In this document: piece after piece, positions 54,696 to 56,122 of the stretch
Numbering within the stretch: position 1 is the stretch's first letter
How the letters are laid out: every line of letters starts with the position of its first letter
Assembly (NCBI GenBank): GCA_023246445.1
Contig: JAHFIJ010000002.1
Span: forward strand, 1-56,122
DNA: 56,122 bases
Direction: 5' to 3'
DNA from: Candidatus Woesearchaeota archaeon
GTDB taxonomy: Archaea > Nanobdellota > Nanobdellia > SCGC-AAA011-G17 > JACQNH01
The notes under the pieces: model-generated
Told to the model about the DNA's origin: nothing
Databases searched by the model: none
Seen by the model: only the letters and a program-made list of their open reading frames with translations
Translations under genes and position numbers: made by a program

Positions 54696-54809
54696 GCCCT
54701 CATAGCTCAGCGGTAGAGCAACGGTTTTGTAAACCGTAGGCCATGGGTTCAAAATAGCTTTTCTTTTGGGAAAAACCCTAGAAAAGAAATGAAATTCCCA
54801 TTGAGGGCT
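54696..54809 (+). tRNA. tRNA-Thr(UGU) with ~42-nt T-loop intron
   Basis: Acceptor GCCCTCA/TGAGGGC plus U73, anticodon arm ACGGT-TTTGTAA-ACCGT, and T stem ATGGG/CCCAT (54797-54801). The T-loop TTCAAA is interrupted at about 54754-54796. Confidence 0.85.
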
Positions 54810-54905
54810 TTATTTCCTTTTTGAGCGACTGAAAGGAGCGAAGCGACGAAGAAGTAAAGTTGGGCCCCGATACATTAATAAAAACAATCCACTATAAGTT
54901 TAAAT

Positions 54906-55292
54906 ATGGAAGATATTATCGTAAAAAAATCTAAAATTCATGGGAAAGGAGTATTCGCATCACATATTATTAAGAAAGGAGAGATTGTTGTTAAATGGGA
55001 CATATCTCACCAATTGACAAAGGAAGAAGTTGACAGATTATCCGAGAATGAAAAGGGATATGTTGCGTATATGGGGGGGAAATATATTTTAATGCAATCC
55101 CCAGCGAGATATGTCAATCATTCTTGTGATGCAAATACATATGCGGAAAATTTTTGCGATATGGCCAAGAGAAATATCAAAAAAGGAGAAGAAATTACTG
55201 GAGACTATGCGGAAGAAAGTATTCCGGGGCAGTCCTTTGAATGTAAATGCGGAAGCAAAAATTGTCGTAGGATTATTAAAACTGATTCTTGA
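54906..55292 (+). CDS. SET-domain protein lysine methyltransferase
   Basis: IHGKGVFA, YVNHSCDANT, GEEITGDY and post-SET CKCGSKNCR. Confidence 0.88.
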   Translation: MEDIIVKKSKIHGKGVFASHIIKKGEIVVKWDISHQLTKEEVDRLSENEKGYVAYMGGKYILMQSPARYVNHSCDANTYAENFCDMAKRNIKKGEEITGDYAEESIPGQSFECKCGSKNCRRIIKTDS

Positions 55293-55440
55293 GGAGCCCA
55301 ACTTTATTGCATTTAATAATAGGTTATATAAAATATCAAAATTAGATTTTCTTTAAAAGAAACATTGATTTATTGAGATTTTATAATTGTGAGATGAAGC
55401 CCCTCGCCTCTTTCTGCTGTTTGTGCAAGAGGCAACCATT

Positions 55441-56122
55441 CTATTTTTCTTGTGGCAATTGCTTTTGTTTCTTCTTTTGCGTCAAATACATGTAATTTTC
55501 TTTTGAAACGATAGACTTGCCTATTTTTTCCTCTAATTCTTTTCTTGTGTTTTTCGCAATAGTCCCGCCTTCTACTGCTGATTCTTTGCACTCTTCAAAT
55601 CCTTCAGAGTCTTTTGATACTGTTATGTCTGTAGTAGCTTTCTCCCCAACCATTGTAAGGATTAGTTCCCAGTCAGTCATGTGATCTCTTAGATTCTGGT
55701 TCTTTTTCTTTAAGCCCTTAAATTCCTTATACTCCTGAACTGTTTTGTTAAAAGTAGCTTTTGATATCTCATTTGTAAGGATGGCAAATCCTCCTGCACT
55801 TTAATTCCCCTGCCTTTCCATTCATCTGTTAAATCCTGCCTTATTGCGATGCCTCTTAATCGCTTGTCAATCCATTCTTTAGGATAACCTTTTAGCTCGT
55901 AATATTCCTTTACCCTATCCTGAGCGAGTTCCGGGTTCTCGATCTCTTGGATTCGTTCATAGCCCACTTTAGCTAACCACTGCTTAAATGGCTCTGCCTT
56001 TGGAGATGGAATTGATTGTATAAGCCTGAATGCATTTTTTGTTGTTACGCAGTCGGCATACCTCATTTTGCCATCTTTTGCCTGCAATTTCAAACCGTGA
56101 CAAATTGTCACGAGTTGCAGTT
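55441..56122 (-). pseudogene. Bro-N / DNA-damage-inducible DinD-like gene, frameshifted, 5' end outside window
   Basis: HGLKLQAKDGKMRYADC...IQSIPSPKAEPFKQWLAKVGYERIQEIENPELA...RQDLTDEWKGRGIK. The frame then switches near 55795-55805 to ...AILTNEISKATFNKTVQEYKEFKGLKKKNQNLRDHMTDWELILTMVGEKATT... Confidence 0.7.

Noticed and set aside
55370-55591. 73-aa ORF overlapping the Bro-N-like pseudogene in another frame
   Set aside because: Arg/Lys-rich shadow frame of the recognisable Bro-N/DinD-like reading frame.

Overview
Visibly AT-rich archaeal chromosome segment. It has archaeal information-processing genes, SD-like GGAGGT ribosome-binding sites, FtsZ plus SepF, and intron-rich tRNAs. This is compatible with a small-genome DPANN-type archaeon, which is an inference, not a database result. 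The backbone is housekeeping: ftsY, srp54, secE-spt5-rpl11, rpl37ae-rpoP-pfdB, sepF, ftsZ, glyS, endA/rnz, aIF5A, rpl40e, rps17e, rps15, rps3ae, alba, bud32, Lhr helicase, ogg, tatD and nrdDG. There are five tRNA genes and four carry introns. Three introns sit in the T-loop, and tRNA-Pro probably carries two introns. The main finding is that three short accessory cassettes (2.85, 2.17 and 1.45 kb) are each bracketed by direct repeats that duplicate the terminal part of the adjacent essential gene: the secE 5' end, the ftsZ 3' end and the endA 3' end. Each essential gene stays intact and a decaying orphan fragment is left on the far side. None of the cassettes encodes an intact integrase. Cargo comprises a divergent AdoHcy-hydrolase-like protein plus Nudix, a COG1373-type AAA ATPase plus a Cys-rich protein, and a nucleoside phosphorylase plus a small wHTH protein. 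Other notable points are listed below.
- nrdD is cut by one in-frame TAA just before its glycyl-radical segment.
- Tandem NrdR-box-like palindromes lie upstream of nrdD.
- There is a receptor-type class III adenylate cyclase.
- A pilin-like gene is coupled to a large secreted protein with a His/Cys caspase/CPD-like C-terminal domain.
- rpl11 and rps17e carry charged tails.
- Two related GC-rich non-coding segments are present.
- A SET-domain gene is flanked by an inverted repeat.
- No CRISPR array, rRNA gene or reverse transcriptase was seen.
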